A stretch of 59,298 bases of DNA from Gemmatimonadota bacterium. GTDB taxonomy: Bacteria > Gemmatimonadota > Gemmatimonadetes > Palauibacterales > Palauibacteraceae. The stretch lies in the NCBI GenBank assembly GCA_039588275.1, contig JBDHAC010000019.1, positions 1 to 59,298 of the forward strand, in the 5' to 3' direction. The notes beneath the pieces were generated by a model. It did not search any database. It worked only from the letters and a program-made list of their open reading frames with translations, and was not told the DNA's origin. Positions within the stretch are counted from its first letter, which is position 1. Each line of letters begins with the position of its first letter. A program made the translations under genes and the position numbers. Positions 46,285-56,701 of this stretch are shown here, piece after piece.

Positions 46285-47799
46285 ATGAAGCGACGCACCT
46301 TTCTCCGTTCCTCCCTCGCCGCTGCCGCCGCCACCGCCGTTACCGTCCCCCGACCCCGATCGCTGGCTGGCCTGTACCAGGAAGCGCCGCAGGTCCCGCC
46401 CGACGTGAAAGCGATCACGGGCGACGGTGCGGAGGTCACTCTCAGGGGCAGCCAGATCGCGGACCTGGCCGGACAGCTGAAGGGACGGGTACTGCTGTCG
46501 GGAGACGAGGGCTACGACGAGGCCCGGCGTCTCCTCAACCCGTCGTTCAACAAGCACCCGGCCCTCATCGCCCAGGTGACGGGCGTATCGGACATTCGGA
46601 CCTCGGTGGACTTCGCGCGCGATCACGACCTGTTGCTGGCGGTGAAGTGCGGCGGCCACAGCGCTTCGGGGAAATCGACCTGCGATGGGGGGATGCAGAT
46701 CGACCTGTCGCCGTTCCGAGGCACACGTATCGATCCCCACGCCCGCAAGGCGTGGGTGACGGGTGGGAGCCTGCTCGGCCAGCTGGATCACGAGGCAATG
46801 GCTTTCGGGCTCGTCACCCCGATGGGTACGGTCTCGCACACGGGCGTGGGCGGCCTGGTGACCGGCGGCGGGTTCGGGCGGCTGGCCCGCCGCTTCGGCC
46901 TCTCCGTCGACAATCTCACAGGCGTACACATCGTGACGGCCGATGGCGGGTTCCACCGCGCGAACGCCGAGGAGAACCCCGACCTGTTCTGGGCGGTACG
47001 CGGGGGCGGCGGGAACTTCGGGATCGTGACGGACTTCGAGTTTGACCTCCACCCGATGCAGCGGGAGGTAGTCGGCGGCTTCATGGTGTGGTCCATCGAT
47101 CGAGCCAGGGACGTCCTCAGCCTCTATTCCGAGTACAGCCTCGAGGCCCCGGACGACCTCGCGATGGGCTTCTTCGTGTCCCATCCGCCGGGTGGGCAGC
47201 CACCCGTGGCCGGCATCGGCGTTTGCTACTCGGGACCCCAAAGCGATGCGGAGCGCGCCCTCGCGCCCATCCGAAAGCTGAGCAATCCGTTGAACGACGG
47301 CTTCCAGATGATGGACTACGTCGCCCTCCAGAAGTCGGGTGACGTCGACGACCCGAGGGCGCGGGCCGGCTACCTGAAGAGCGGCTTCCTCACGGAGATG
47401 CCGGGTGGACTGATCCAGGCGATCGTGGACGGCCTGGAAGGGCACCCGGATCGCTCCACGGCGGTCTTCTACCAGCAGAGCGGCGGTGCGATCAGCCGCG
47501 TCGCGAACGAGGCGACGGCGTTCTCGCACCGGGACGCCATTGGGAACCTCCTGAGCGCGGTCGACTGGGTGCACGGCTGGCAAGATCCGACTGAGCACAT
47601 TGCGTGGGAGAGGCAGTTCTGGTCGACGCTGGAGCCATTCACGAAGGGGTTCTACACGAACGATCTGGAGGTGGAAGAGACGTCTGCCGGGGTCAACGCC
47701 AATTTCCGCGAGAACTACCCGCGGTTGGTGGAAATCAAGAACAGGTACGACCCGGGCAATCTGTTCCGCCTCAACGCGAACATTCAGCCCACGGTCTAA
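46285..47799 (+). CDS. Tat-exported FAD-linked oxidase (BBE/VAO family)
   Basis: KRRTFL signal; KCGGHS (covalent FAD His), TGVGGL.TGGGFG, DLFWAVRGGGGNFG, BBE tail NYPRL..IKNRYDPGNLF. Confidence 0.93.
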   Translation: MKRRTFLRSSLAAAAATAVTVPRPRSLAGLYQEAPQVPPDVKAITGDGAEVTLRGSQIADLAGQLKGRVLLSGDEGYDEARRLLNPSFNKHPALIAQVTGVSDIRTSVDFARDHDLLLAVKCGGHSASGKSTCDGGMQIDLSPFRGTRIDPHARKAWVTGGSLLGQLDHEAMAFGLVTPMGTVSHTGVGGLVTGGGFGRLARRFGLSVDNLTGVHIVTADGGFHRANAEENPDLFWAVRGGGGNFGIVTDFEFDLHPMQREVVGGFMVWSIDRARDVLSLYSEYSLEAPDDLAMGFFVSHPPGGQPPVAGIGVCYSGPQSDAERALAPIRKLSNPLNDGFQMMDYVALQKSGDVDDPRARAGYLKSGFLTEMPGGLIQAIVDGLEGHPDRSTAVFYQQSGGAISRVANEATAFSHRDAIGNLLSAVDWVHGWQDPTEHIAWERQFWSTLEPFTKGFYTNDLEVEETSAGVNANFRENYPRLVEIKNRYDPGNLFRLNANIQPTV

Positions 47800-47857
47800 C
47801 CCACTCCGCCTGGCCCCACGGTCGGATCACCGGACCGTCGGGGCCAGGGGCACCCGC

Positions 47858-49024
47858 GTGAAGCGCGTATCCGCTGTCCTCGCAGCACTGATGCCGGTGC
47901 TCCTCCCCGGGGCGCTGGCGGGGCAGGCGCGCACCTTCGGGCCCGAGCCCGACTACATCCTCGGCCTCGGAGCCGAGCGGACCGCCTCCGTCTTCCTCGC
48001 GGATGTCGACGGGGACGGTGATATGGATGTCCTGCTCGCGAACGGCCGCCACTGGCCACAGCAGAACACGGTCTTCGTGAACCACGGAGACCCCCGCGAT
48101 GCGGGGCACATCCCCACCGGGTCGGGCTACGGCCGCTTCATGGAGGCGTATCCGCTCGGCCCGGAGCGGAGCACCAGCTACGCGGTGCCGGCGGGCGATC
48201 TCGATAAGGACGGCGACCTCGACGTGGTCGTGGCCAACGACCGGGCTCCGAACCACATCTACCTGAACGACGGGCACGGCCGTTTTCACCTGGCCGGATA
48301 CCTGTCTCCTGATCCTGATGTGTCACGCGACGCGTTACTGGCCGACTTCGACGGGGATGGCGACCTGGATGTGGCGGTCGCCAACCGTCGGGATCAAAAC
48401 GTCGTGCACCTCAATGACGGACGGGGCGGTTTCTCCAGTGCTCCGCGCCCGTTCGGCCCCGGCGATGACTCGACCATCAAGCTGGCCGCGGGGGATCTGG
48501 ACGGGGATGGGGACGTGGACTTGGTCCTCGCCAATCGCGACGGGCAGCCAAACGCCGCCTATCTGAACGACGGCGGCGCGGATTTCGGCGAGCAGCGGCC
48601 TTTCGGAACGGGCTCGGACGAGACGTTGGCCACGGCGATCTCCGACCTCGACGGAGATGGCAGCCTCGACATCGTCGCCGTCAACGTGGGACAACCGAAC
48701 GCCGTCCACTTCGGAGACGGCGCCGGGAGCTTCCCGCGCTCGGCGTCGTTCGGCGGTCCGGAGGATGCCAGCTTCTCGGTCGCGGTGGCCGATCTCGACG
48801 GAGACGGAGACCAGGACATCGTGGTCGGGAACGCCGATGGCCGGAACGCCGCGTACTTCAACGAGGGGGAGGGCACGACGTTCCGTGAGCTCCGGTTCGG
48901 CGGCGCGGAGGACGTGACCTACTGGCTCGTCAGCGGCGACGTGGACGGCGACGGCTTCCCCGACATCGCCGTGGCCAACTCAGACGGCGTGAATCAGGTG
49001 TTTTTGAACAAGCCCGTCCGCTAG
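47858..49024 (+). CDS. Secreted FG-GAP/VCBS repeat protein
   Basis: GTG start plus signal peptide; seven D.DGDGD.D...AN repeats. Confidence 0.9.
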   Translation: MKRVSAVLAALMPVLLPGALAGQARTFGPEPDYILGLGAERTASVFLADVDGDGDMDVLLANGRHWPQQNTVFVNHGDPRDAGHIPTGSGYGRFMEAYPLGPERSTSYAVPAGDLDKDGDLDVVVANDRAPNHIYLNDGHGRFHLAGYLSPDPDVSRDALLADFDGDGDLDVAVANRRDQNVVHLNDGRGGFSSAPRPFGPGDDSTIKLAAGDLDGDGDVDLVLANRDGQPNAAYLNDGGADFGEQRPFGTGSDETLATAISDLDGDGSLDIVAVNVGQPNAVHFGDGAGSFPRSASFGGPEDASFSVAVADLDGDGDQDIVVGNADGRNAAYFNEGEGTTFRELRFGGAEDVTYWLVSGDVDGDGFPDIAVANSDGVNQVFLNKPVR

Positions 49025-49062
49025 ACCTGGGGGGACGAATAGACATTCGAGTCGATCAACCT

Positions 49063-51094
49063 GTGCTTCGCCGCTGCCGCCGCCTCGTTCTCACGGTGGG
49101 GTGCGCGGCAATGCTCACGTCGTGCAGTGCGAGGGATGCGGCGGACGAGGTCGCGAGAGCGGCAGATCCCGGGACGGAATGGCGCGCCTACGGAGGCGAC
49201 GTCATGGGATCCCGCTATTCGCACCTGGAGGAGATCGACCGCTCCAACGTCCAGCGACTGGTCCCGGCCTGGCGCTACGACACCGGGGAATCCGACCCGG
49301 GCCTCGCCACTCGTGAGGAGCCCACGCTCGAAGCGACCCCCATCGTCGTAGACGGCGTCTTGTACTTCAGCACCCCGCTCGGTCGTGTGATCGCGCTCGA
49401 CGCGGACACCGGTGAGGAGCGGTGGGTCTACGACGCGCGCATCGACCGGTCACAGAGCTACGGCGACTTCACGAGCCGTGGCGTGTCCGTATGGATCGAC
49501 CGGTCTCGCGTGCCGGGGACGGCGGGCGAACCCGGGTCCGGCGTGCGCCTGAGCCCTGCCGGGTCCGTCTGTTCCCGCCGGATCTTCGTCGCGACCATCG
49601 ACGCGAGGCTAATCGCGCTCGATGCGGCCGAGGGCGGGCCCTGTTCGGATTTCGGCGACGGGGGGCAGATCGATCTCCGGCGCGGACTCCGGGTCCCGCC
49701 CTTCGAGTACCCGGCCTACCAGGTCACTTCGCCACCGCTGGTGATAGGCGATCTGGTCGTCACCGGCTCGGCGATCGCGGACAACAGCCGAAGGGCCCCC
49801 GCCAGCGGAGAAGTACGGGCGTTCGACGTCCGAACGGGCCAGCTCCGATGGAGCTGGGATCCGATCCCACAGACCCCCGCCGATCCAGCGTTCGAGACGT
49901 GGGAGGAGGGAAGCCCCACTCTGACCGGGGTCTCGTGTTCGCGCCGACTTCCAGCCCGGCACCGGATTACTACGGGGGTTTCCGAAAAGGAGCCGGTCGC
50001 TACGGGAACTCCATCGTGGCGCTCGACGCCCGAAGCGGCGAGGTGGTGTGGAGTTTTCAGACGGTGCACCACGACCTGTGGGATTACGACAACGCGTCGC
50101 CGTCCGCCCTGGTGACCGTGCGCCGGTCGCCCGACCCGGAGGTGGAGTCTGCCACCGAGGCGGAGATTCCGGCGGTCCTCCAGGCTACGAAGACCGGAAT
50201 GCTGTTCGTGCTTCACCGGGAGACGGGTGAGCCACTTTTCGAGGTGGTGGAACGCCCCGTCCCGGCGAGCGACGTCCCAGGGGAAGAAGCCTGGCCGACC
50301 CAGCCCTTCAGTACGGCAATCGGTCCTCTGAGCCCACACCGCGTGACCGCCCAGGACGCGTTCGGGGTGACGGACGAGGAGCGGGAGGCGTGCCGGGACA
50401 TCATCGGTGGCCTACGAAACGAGGGGGTCTTCACCCCGCCCAGTCTTCAGGGCACTCTCGTGATGCCTTCAAACATCGGTGGGGCGCACTGGGGCGGTCT
50501 GACCTTCGATCCGGTACGTCAGATCGCGGTCATCCCCGTCAATCGGCACGCGGCCATGGTGCAGCTGATCCCGGCGGAAGGGTTCAGCCGGGACAGCGCC
50601 GAGGCGGAATCGGATCGGCTCGGGCTCCGCTACGAGTACAACATCATGGTCGGGACACCGTATGCCATGCGGCGTCGTAGCTTGCGCTCACCCTCGGGCA
50701 TCCCATGCACACCCCCGCCATTTGGCGCCCTGGTCGCAGTTAGCCTGGCCACAGGCGAGCGGCTCTGGGAGTCGCCGCTGGGGCGCATGCCCGCGGGCGA
50801 CTCGGAAACACTGCGGCTGCTGCCCGATAACGCTGGTTCCATCAACCTTGGGGTCCGATCGCGACCGCCGGGGGATTGGTGTTCATCGCGTCGACAGATG
50901 ATCCGGCGCTCAGGGCCTTCGATATAGAGACGGGTGTAGAGCTGTGGAGGGCGGAGTTGCCGGCGATCGGACAGGCCACCCCCATGACCTATCGCGGCCC
51001 AAGCGGCCGGCAGTACGTGGTCATCGCGGCCGCCGGTGGCGGACCGCATGGAGAAGGTGACTACTTGGTCGCCTTCACCCTGCCTCGGAGGTAG
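49063..51094 (+). pseudogene. PQQ-dependent dehydrogenase (glucose/quinate family) lipoprotein broken by an internal deletion and a frameshift
   Basis: Homology runs across three frames: 49063-49929 (EATPIVVDG, SRGVS, VTSPP), 49926-50852 (DYYGG, HHDLWDYD, TQPF, PPPFG), 50852-51094 (ATPMTY, QYVVIAA). Confidence 0.85.
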
Positions 51095-51130
51095 CCCTCG
51101 AAGCCCAACGCGGTTCTCGCCGACAGGGCT

Positions 51131-51631
51131 TCACGGTGAAGCCGTGGAGGGCGCCTCCAGTTGTTGCTGAAGGGCCGCGAAGTCGAACACGATCCACTCT
51201 TCCGCGATCTTCCCATCGCGGAGACGCGCCACCACGATCTCTTCGACCGAGACGGTACGTCCGGTCGGCGCGATTCCCAGGTACTCGCCGCCGTGTACCA
51301 TGTGCAGCGTGATGCCGGCCGTGACGAGATCGTCCTCGGCCACCATGTAGTGGATCTCGTGACGCATCTCGGGGAAGCCCGCCAGCGCCTCCGACATGAA
51401 CTGGCGATATCCGGCCAAATCGATGGCGTCCTGGCTGTTGAAGTGCGTCTGGAAATCGGGCGTCATCCACTCGTCGATGAACTCCAGCGAGCCACCGCTC
51501 TGGTCGATCGCCTGGAAGAACTGTTGCACGAGCTCCTTGTTCTCTTCCAACGTCGCGGTGTCCGACCCGGTCGCGCACGCGAGGCCGCTTGCCGCCAGGA
51601 GCGCGAGAGGGACGAGTCGACAGTTTGTCAT
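51131..51631 (-). CDS. SnoaL-like ester cyclase family lipoprotein
   Basis: Lipobox GLAC; ENKELV, GFPEM, VAEDDLV, H.GEYLGIAPTGR, DGKIAEEW. Confidence 0.88.
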   Translation of the reverse strand: MTNCRLVPLALLAASGLACATGSDTATLEENKELVQQFFQAIDQSGGSLEFIDEWMTPDFQTHFNSQDAIDLAGYRQFMSEALAGFPEMRHEIHYMVAEDDLVTAGITLHMVHGGEYLGIAPTGRTVSVEEIVVARLRDGKIAEEWIVFDFAALQQQLEAPSTASP

Positions 51632-51683
51632 GATTAGACTCCTTGCCTATCCGGGTCGCAGGCTCCCGGCGCGGGGCCGCTGC

Positions 51684-53090
51684 TCAGGCCCCCAGGGTCC
51701 CGATCAGATCCGAGCGGGTCAGGATCGAGAGCGTGCCGTCCGCCTGCCGCACCAGCACGGCGGGGCTGTCTCCTCCGAGACGGCGCGCGAAGTCCTGGAC
51801 GGGGGTGGACGCTTCCACGACGGGGAAGGGCGGTCCCATGACGTCGCGCACCAGATGCGCGCGCGCGTCCGGGTCCTCGATCAGACACCGCAGGATCTCC
51901 TGCTCCATGAGGCTCCCGACGACCTCATCCTCCTCATCCTGCTCACTGGCTTCGGTGACCGGCATCTGCGAGATGTCGTGCTCGCGCATGACATCGATCG
52001 CATCGGACAGCGTGGTGTCGGAGAGTACCGAGACGAGCTGAGGCCCGGCGGCTCGTGCAGGACGCTGATCGATCAGCTGGGCCGCGGTCAGCGTATCGCC
52101 CTCCTCCAGGAAGCCGTGCTCTCGCATCCACACGTCGTTGTAGGTCTTGCCGAGGGACCGATACCCTCCGTCGGGCATGATCACGACCAGGACGTCGTCC
52201 GCCGCGAGGTCCTCTTTGTGAGCTTCCATCCACTGGAGTGCCCCGGCCATGGCCATCCCGCACGATCCGCCGAGGAACATCCCTTCCTCTTCGGATAGCC
52301 GCCGGGTCATGAGCATGGACTCCTTGTCGGTGACGCGCACGTAGTCATCGACCAGATCGAAGTTCATGTTCCCGGCAAGAATGTCCTCGCCCACGCCCTC
52401 GGTCACATACGGGTAGATCTCGTTCTCGTCGAACTCTCCCGTGTGGAAGTACTTCCAGTAGACGGAGCCGTACGGGTCGACGCCGATGATGCTGACGTCG
52501 GGATTCTGCCTCTTGAGGTACGTGGCGATGCCAGAGATCGTGCCGCCGGTGCCCGCCCCCGCGACGACGTGTGTCACGCGGCCGTCGGATTGTTCCCAGA
52601 TTTCCGGCCCGGTCGATTGGATGTGGGCCTCGGTGTTCGCAGGGTTGTCGTATTGGTTTACATAGGCGGAGTTCGGGATCTCCTCCGCCAGGCGGCGCGC
52701 GACCGAGTAGTACGAGCGCGGGTCTTCGGGGGTGACGGCGGTGGGGCACACGATGACCTCGGCCCCCAACGCCCTGAGGATAGCGATCTTCTCCGGACTC
52801 TGCTTGTCGGTGGTCGTGAAGACGCACCTGTACCCGCGAGACACCGCCGCCAACGCGAGACCGACGCCCGTATTGCCGCTGGTTCCCTCGATAATCGTGC
52901 CGCCGGGCTTGAGATCACCCGCCTCCACGGCGGCGTCGATCATGGACACCCCGATACGATCCTTGACCGAACCGCCGGGGTTGAAGAACTCGAGCTTCGC
53001 CAGAACCGTGCACGGCAGATGCGTCGCGAGCCGGTTCACACGCACCAGCGGCGTGTTCCCTATGGTGCCGAGAATGTCCTCGTGCCACAT
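51684..53090 (-). CDS. cbs: Cystathionine beta-synthase with C-terminal CBS pair
   Basis: IGNTPLV, NPGGSVKDR, EGTSGNTG, GAGTGGT, EGVGED, C-terminal CBS domain. Confidence 0.9.
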   Translation of the reverse strand: MWHEDILGTIGNTPLVRVNRLATHLPCTVLAKLEFFNPGGSVKDRIGVSMIDAAVEAGDLKPGGTIIEGTSGNTGVGLALAAVSRGYRCVFTTTDKQSPEKIAILRALGAEVIVCPTAVTPEDPRSYYSVARRLAEEIPNSAYVNQYDNPANTEAHIQSTGPEIWEQSDGRVTHVVAGAGTGGTISGIATYLKRQNPDVSIIGVDPYGSVYWKYFHTGEFDENEIYPYVTEGVGEDILAGNMNFDLVDDYVRVTDKESMLMTRRLSEEEGMFLGGSCGMAMAGALQWMEAHKEDLAADDVLVVIMPDGGYRSLGKTYNDVWMREHGFLEEGDTLTAAQLIDQRPARAAGPQLVSVLSDTTLSDAIDVMREHDISQMPVTEASEQDEEDEVVGSLMEQEILRCLIEDPDARAHLVRDVMGPPFPVVEASTPVQDFARRLGGDSPAVLVRQADGTLSILTRSDLIGTLGA

Positions 53091-53395
53091 GTGTCGAGCT
53101 TCCTCCAGTCCCTCTCCCACAACCAGGGCCAGGACCTCCGCCAAAAGACCACGGTGACGTACTGCGTCGGCGTGTGCCGGCGGTGGCCGCCACCGTCTCG
53201 GAGCCGCGTGCCGAAAGATGCCGCACGACCTGCGCGGGCGGCAAACGGCTGCGCGCTCCGCAAACCGCCCGAGCCATGTCCGTGGGCTGCTTACACCACA
53301 GTGCGGTTCGGCCGCTGGCCCGTCGGGACTGCCGAGTGCCCGGGCGGCGTGGTAGCTTCACGCGCGACACGCCACCCTTTCGACCCGAGGTGATC

Positions 53396-54673
53396 ATGGA
53401 CAGGCGCGACTTCGTGAAGAGTTCGGCGGCTGGCATCGTGGCGGCGGCGACGCCCGGAGCTCTAGCGGCCGTGACCCCGAGCGCACATGCCGGTGCCGAG
53501 CCGAGGCGAGCCCCGAGCGTCCTGACCCGCGCCGTACGCCCTGTCGTGATATCGGATCTGAGCGGGATCCGGTTCAAGAACGGCGGACCGGAGAGTGCGG
53601 TGGAGCGAGCGTTTCGAGGCATCACCGAGGGAGAGGACGTCCTCGACGCGCTGATCGCCGGCGTGAACATTCCGGAGAACGACCCCACCGAGATGGGGAT
53701 CGGCTACGGCGGACTCCCGAACGCGGATGGCGTCGTGCAGCTCGACTCGTGCTGCATGCACGGACCCCGCCGCTGGGCGGGCGGAGTGGCCGCGCTCGAG
53801 GGAATTCGGACGCCGTCCCTGGTCGCGCAGGCGGTTGCCGAGCTCACCGACCATCACCTGCTCGTCGGGCATGGCGCGCAGGCCTTCGCACGCGCGCTCG
53901 GGTTCGAGGTGGAGGACGACCTGAACACCGCCGAGTCAAGGGCGTTGTGGCTCGAGTGGCGGCGGAGAGTGGACCCAAGCCATTGGCTCGATCCCGTGGA
54001 GCGCCTCCGGGGGCAGGGCCTCCCGGGCGAGGACACCGATCCGGACCACATCGAGCGGCGCCCCGGGGCTCCCGGTCGCGCTTCCGCTGGCGGGCGCCAA
54101 GGCAGGCGCAGTTCAGGGAGGATGCGGGAGTTCGCGGATGCGGCACTCGATGCGGGCCTCTCGATGGTCGACGACGGGCTCATCCCCGCGCACTCGTTCT
54201 GGGGTACGGTCAACTGCGACGGCATCGGCCCCGACGGCGAGGTTTGCGGGGTGACGACCACGAGCGGGCTGTCCTGGAAGATCCCCGGCCGCACAGGCGA
54301 CTCGCCCATCCTGGGTGCCGGGCTGTACGTGGACAACGACGTCGGCGCCGCCGGCTCGACGGGTCGTGGAGAAGCGAACCTGTACAACCTGTCCTCGTTC
54401 CTGGTCGTCGAGCTCATGCGTCAGGGGATGAACCCGAAGGACGCGGGCATGGCCACGCTCCGTCGCATCCAGTCGAACACGGTCGAGCCTCGACTCCTGG
54501 ACTCGCGCGGGCTCCCGAGCTTCGACGTGCGCTTCTTCATCCTGAACAAGCAGGGAGAGTACGCGGGCGTCGCGATGTACGGATCGAGCGAGACGCACTA
54601 CGCCGTCTGCACGGAGAACGGCGCCGAGGAGCTACCGTTCGAGGGGCTGCTTGAGGGCTCACCCCGGGACTGA
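53396..54673 (+). CDS. Tat-exported glycosylasparaginase/isoaspartyl peptidase (Ntn hydrolase)
   Basis: DRRDFVK; IGYGGLPN..G..QLDS, TDHHLLVG, WGTVNC (Thr nucleophile), TTTSGL..KIPGR.GDSP, STGRGE. Confidence 0.9.
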   Translation: MDRRDFVKSSAAGIVAAATPGALAAVTPSAHAGAEPRRAPSVLTRAVRPVVISDLSGIRFKNGGPESAVERAFRGITEGEDVLDALIAGVNIPENDPTEMGIGYGGLPNADGVVQLDSCCMHGPRRWAGGVAALEGIRTPSLVAQAVAELTDHHLLVGHGAQAFARALGFEVEDDLNTAESRALWLEWRRRVDPSHWLDPVERLRGQGLPGEDTDPDHIERRPGAPGRASAGGRQGRRSSGRMREFADAALDAGLSMVDDGLIPAHSFWGTVNCDGIGPDGEVCGVTTTSGLSWKIPGRTGDSPILGAGLYVDNDVGAAGSTGRGEANLYNLSSFLVVELMRQGMNPKDAGMATLRRIQSNTVEPRLLDSRGLPSFDVRFFILNKQGEYAGVAMYGSSETHYAVCTENGAEELPFEGLLEGSPRD

Positions 54674-54710
54674 TCGGGCCGAGCCCCTCCAGGCACTCCA
54701 TGGACGGCCT

Positions 54711-54845
54711 TCAGGGACTCACGAGCCAGATGTCCTCGAGCAACGTCACGAGCGTCGACAGTTCCGTCCCGTCCACCTGCAGCGTGACCCGATAGACCCC
54801 GGGGTCGACCGGCGGACCCTCGTCCTCCGGCTCCTCCCTACCTCC
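54711..54845 (-). pseudogene. Orphan C-terminal fragment of a large secreted (BNR/VPS10-like) protein
   Basis: Start-less frame GGREEPEDEGPPVDPGVYRVTLQVDGTELSTLVTLLEDIWLVSP*, bounded upstream by TGA at 54846-54848. Confidence 0.55.
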
Positions 54846-54932
54846 TCAGGACTTGCGGCCTTTCGCGGGTATTGGGGATATTTCGATCGATTACTCCCGT
54901 CGCCGCCCGTCTCGGTCGGGAGAGCTACACCC

Positions 54933-56123
54933 ATGCGAGGAACACCCAGAGGTGGTGCCGTCAGCCTCGGCCTGTTGGCCGGTGTGCTGGGTTGCGCCAA
55001 TCTGACCGATGCCCCCAGGGCGGATCTGGCCCCCGTCGTCCAGCGGGACGGGCTCCCCTTCGAATTGCCGACCATTCCAGAGGCAGTGCTCGACTGGCTC
55101 TCGGCGCACAGGGTCGTCATCGTCGGCGAGACGCACCTGATTCGCGAGCACCGAGAGATGATGGCAGCGATCGTCCGTGCTCTCCACGCCCGCGGGTTCC
55201 GCCAACTACTGCTCGAATGGCCCCACATGGCAGACTGGGTGGTGAACGACTTCGTGCGGGATGGGGGACGCGGTCCCGGGTGGGTCCCGCCGACCTGGCT
55301 GTTCGGGGACCTGATCACGGCCATGCGGGATTTCAACCGCACGCTGCCCCCGGAGCAACGCTTCGAGGTGCGTGGCATCGATGTAAACCTGCGCGACTAC
55401 GGGGGCGCCAGCGACTTCCTGGGCTCGTTGCGGGCGCTGTCGGAACGGCTTGCGGATCCCGGGCCCGTGGATGCGTTTCTGCAGGGTGCGTACGATACGC
55501 CGGAGCGGCAGACCGACCGGTTGCAGACTCTGCGCGGCGCGCTCGCCACCCGCGAATCCGAGCTCGTCGCGGCTTGGGGGGCGGACTGGTACGAGACGGT
55601 GGCCGAGATGGTCGAAGTGGAGTTGGCTAGCGTGACTGTCCGGGCGCTGCGTGACGATCACTACGACCTGTCGGTCCGACTCCGCGAGGATGTCATGAAG
55701 CGGCTGGCCGATCTCCGCTTGGAGGGTTATCCGCACGCCTCGCTCATCAACGTCGGCGGCAACCATGCACAGAAGGCGTACCTGAAGGGGACCGAGCAGG
55801 AGTGGCTGGGCGATTACCTCGTTCACCGGAGCAACGCGCTGGGAGGCTCCGCAATCGTTCTGAACGTCACACCGGCGCGGATCATGGACTCCGCGGGCGC
55901 GGTCACGACGTACGACATCATGGACGTGTCGCCTGAGAACGAGCTGTTTCGGGTCATGCACGAGACCTGGCCGGATCAAATCGTTTTCCTGCCGCTGGAT
56001 GACTCGGTGTTCCTCGAAGGAGTCGCGATGAACTTCGAGGAGGTGATTCACGTGGGGGCCCCCAAGCGGATTTACGACGCCTTCATATTGCTGCCCTTGG
56101 CCCACCGAGTGCCGCTCCCGTAG
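54933..56123 (+). CDS. Erythromycin-esterase/ChaN-like superfamily lipoprotein
   Basis: Lipobox VLGC; VVIVGETH, GFRQLLLE, GIDV, RE..M, GGNHAQK, YDAFI. Confidence 0.72.
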   Translation: MRGTPRGGAVSLGLLAGVLGCANLTDAPRADLAPVVQRDGLPFELPTIPEAVLDWLSAHRVVIVGETHLIREHREMMAAIVRALHARGFRQLLLEWPHMADWVVNDFVRDGGRGPGWVPPTWLFGDLITAMRDFNRTLPPEQRFEVRGIDVNLRDYGGASDFLGSLRALSERLADPGPVDAFLQGAYDTPERQTDRLQTLRGALATRESELVAAWGADWYETVAEMVEVELASVTVRALRDDHYDLSVRLREDVMKRLADLRLEGYPHASLINVGGNHAQKAYLKGTEQEWLGDYLVHRSNALGGSAIVLNVTPARIMDSAGAVTTYDIMDVSPENELFRVMHETWPDQIVFLPLDDSVFLEGVAMNFEEVIHVGAPKRIYDAFILLPLAHRVPLP

Positions 56124-56159
56124 CGGCTCGGGTCGTCGCGCGGAACAGGGAGTCGTGTC

Positions 56160-56669
56160 ATGCGGCATCGACCGTTTCTCACGAAGTGGCTAGCGCTTCC
56201 CGCTCTCGGTGTGTTCTCGAGCTTCACAGCCGCAACCGGTCAGGTGTCGGCCGGGGTCCAGGCGGAATGGGGTAGCGAGACGGACTTCGGAGTCGGCGCT
56301 CGGGGGATCGTCGGTCTGGGTGTGTTGGTGAACGGCCTCGAGACGGTTGTGTCCTTCGACTATTTCTTCCCGAGCGATCGGTTCGGTGCAGAACGGACCT
56401 ACTGGGAAGCGGGCGCCAACCTCGTCCTCCAGATCAACCCTGGCGCTCATCTGACGACGCCCTACGTCGGTGCGGGGATCCACGTCTCGTACTTCGAGGT
56501 CTCCGAGACCGTGCTAGACGTCGAGGTGGCGGGCGACGAAACGCGAGGTGGGCTGAACCTGCTCGGCGGGCTGATCTTCGATGTCGGCAGGGCGAGACCG
56601 TTCTTCGAAGGCAGGTTCACGATCAACGGCCAGGACCAATTCGTCGCATGTGCGGGCGTGCGGCTCTAA
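56160..56669 (+). CDS. Outer-membrane beta-barrel protein (8-stranded type)
   Basis: Signal peptide, alternating strands, PYVGAG, GLNLLGG, C-terminal GVRL. Confidence 0.82.
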   Translation: MRHRPFLTKWLALPALGVFSSFTAATGQVSAGVQAEWGSETDFGVGARGIVGLGVLVNGLETVVSFDYFFPSDRFGAERTYWEAGANLVLQINPGAHLTTPYVGAGIHVSYFEVSETVLDVEVAGDETRGGLNLLGGLIFDVGRARPFFEGRFTINGQDQFVACAGVRL

Positions 56670-56701
56670 GCCGCATGGCTGGTGACCCCAGTAGCGAATC
56701 T

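Noticed and set aside
49063..51094. Programmed frameshifting producing a functional PQQ enzyme
   Set aside because: The first junction lacks about 13 conserved codons, which recoding could not restore.
53091..53395. SAM riboswitch upstream of cbs
   Set aside because: No SAM-I core (ATCxAGAG, GCAACC, GTGC) seen.
6496..56123. Antibiotic-resistance island (VanZ-like, class C-like, MBL, GNAT, Ere-like, VOC)
   Set aside because: The genes are scattered members of broad superfamilies, with no mobile elements and no recognisable resistance-gene identity.
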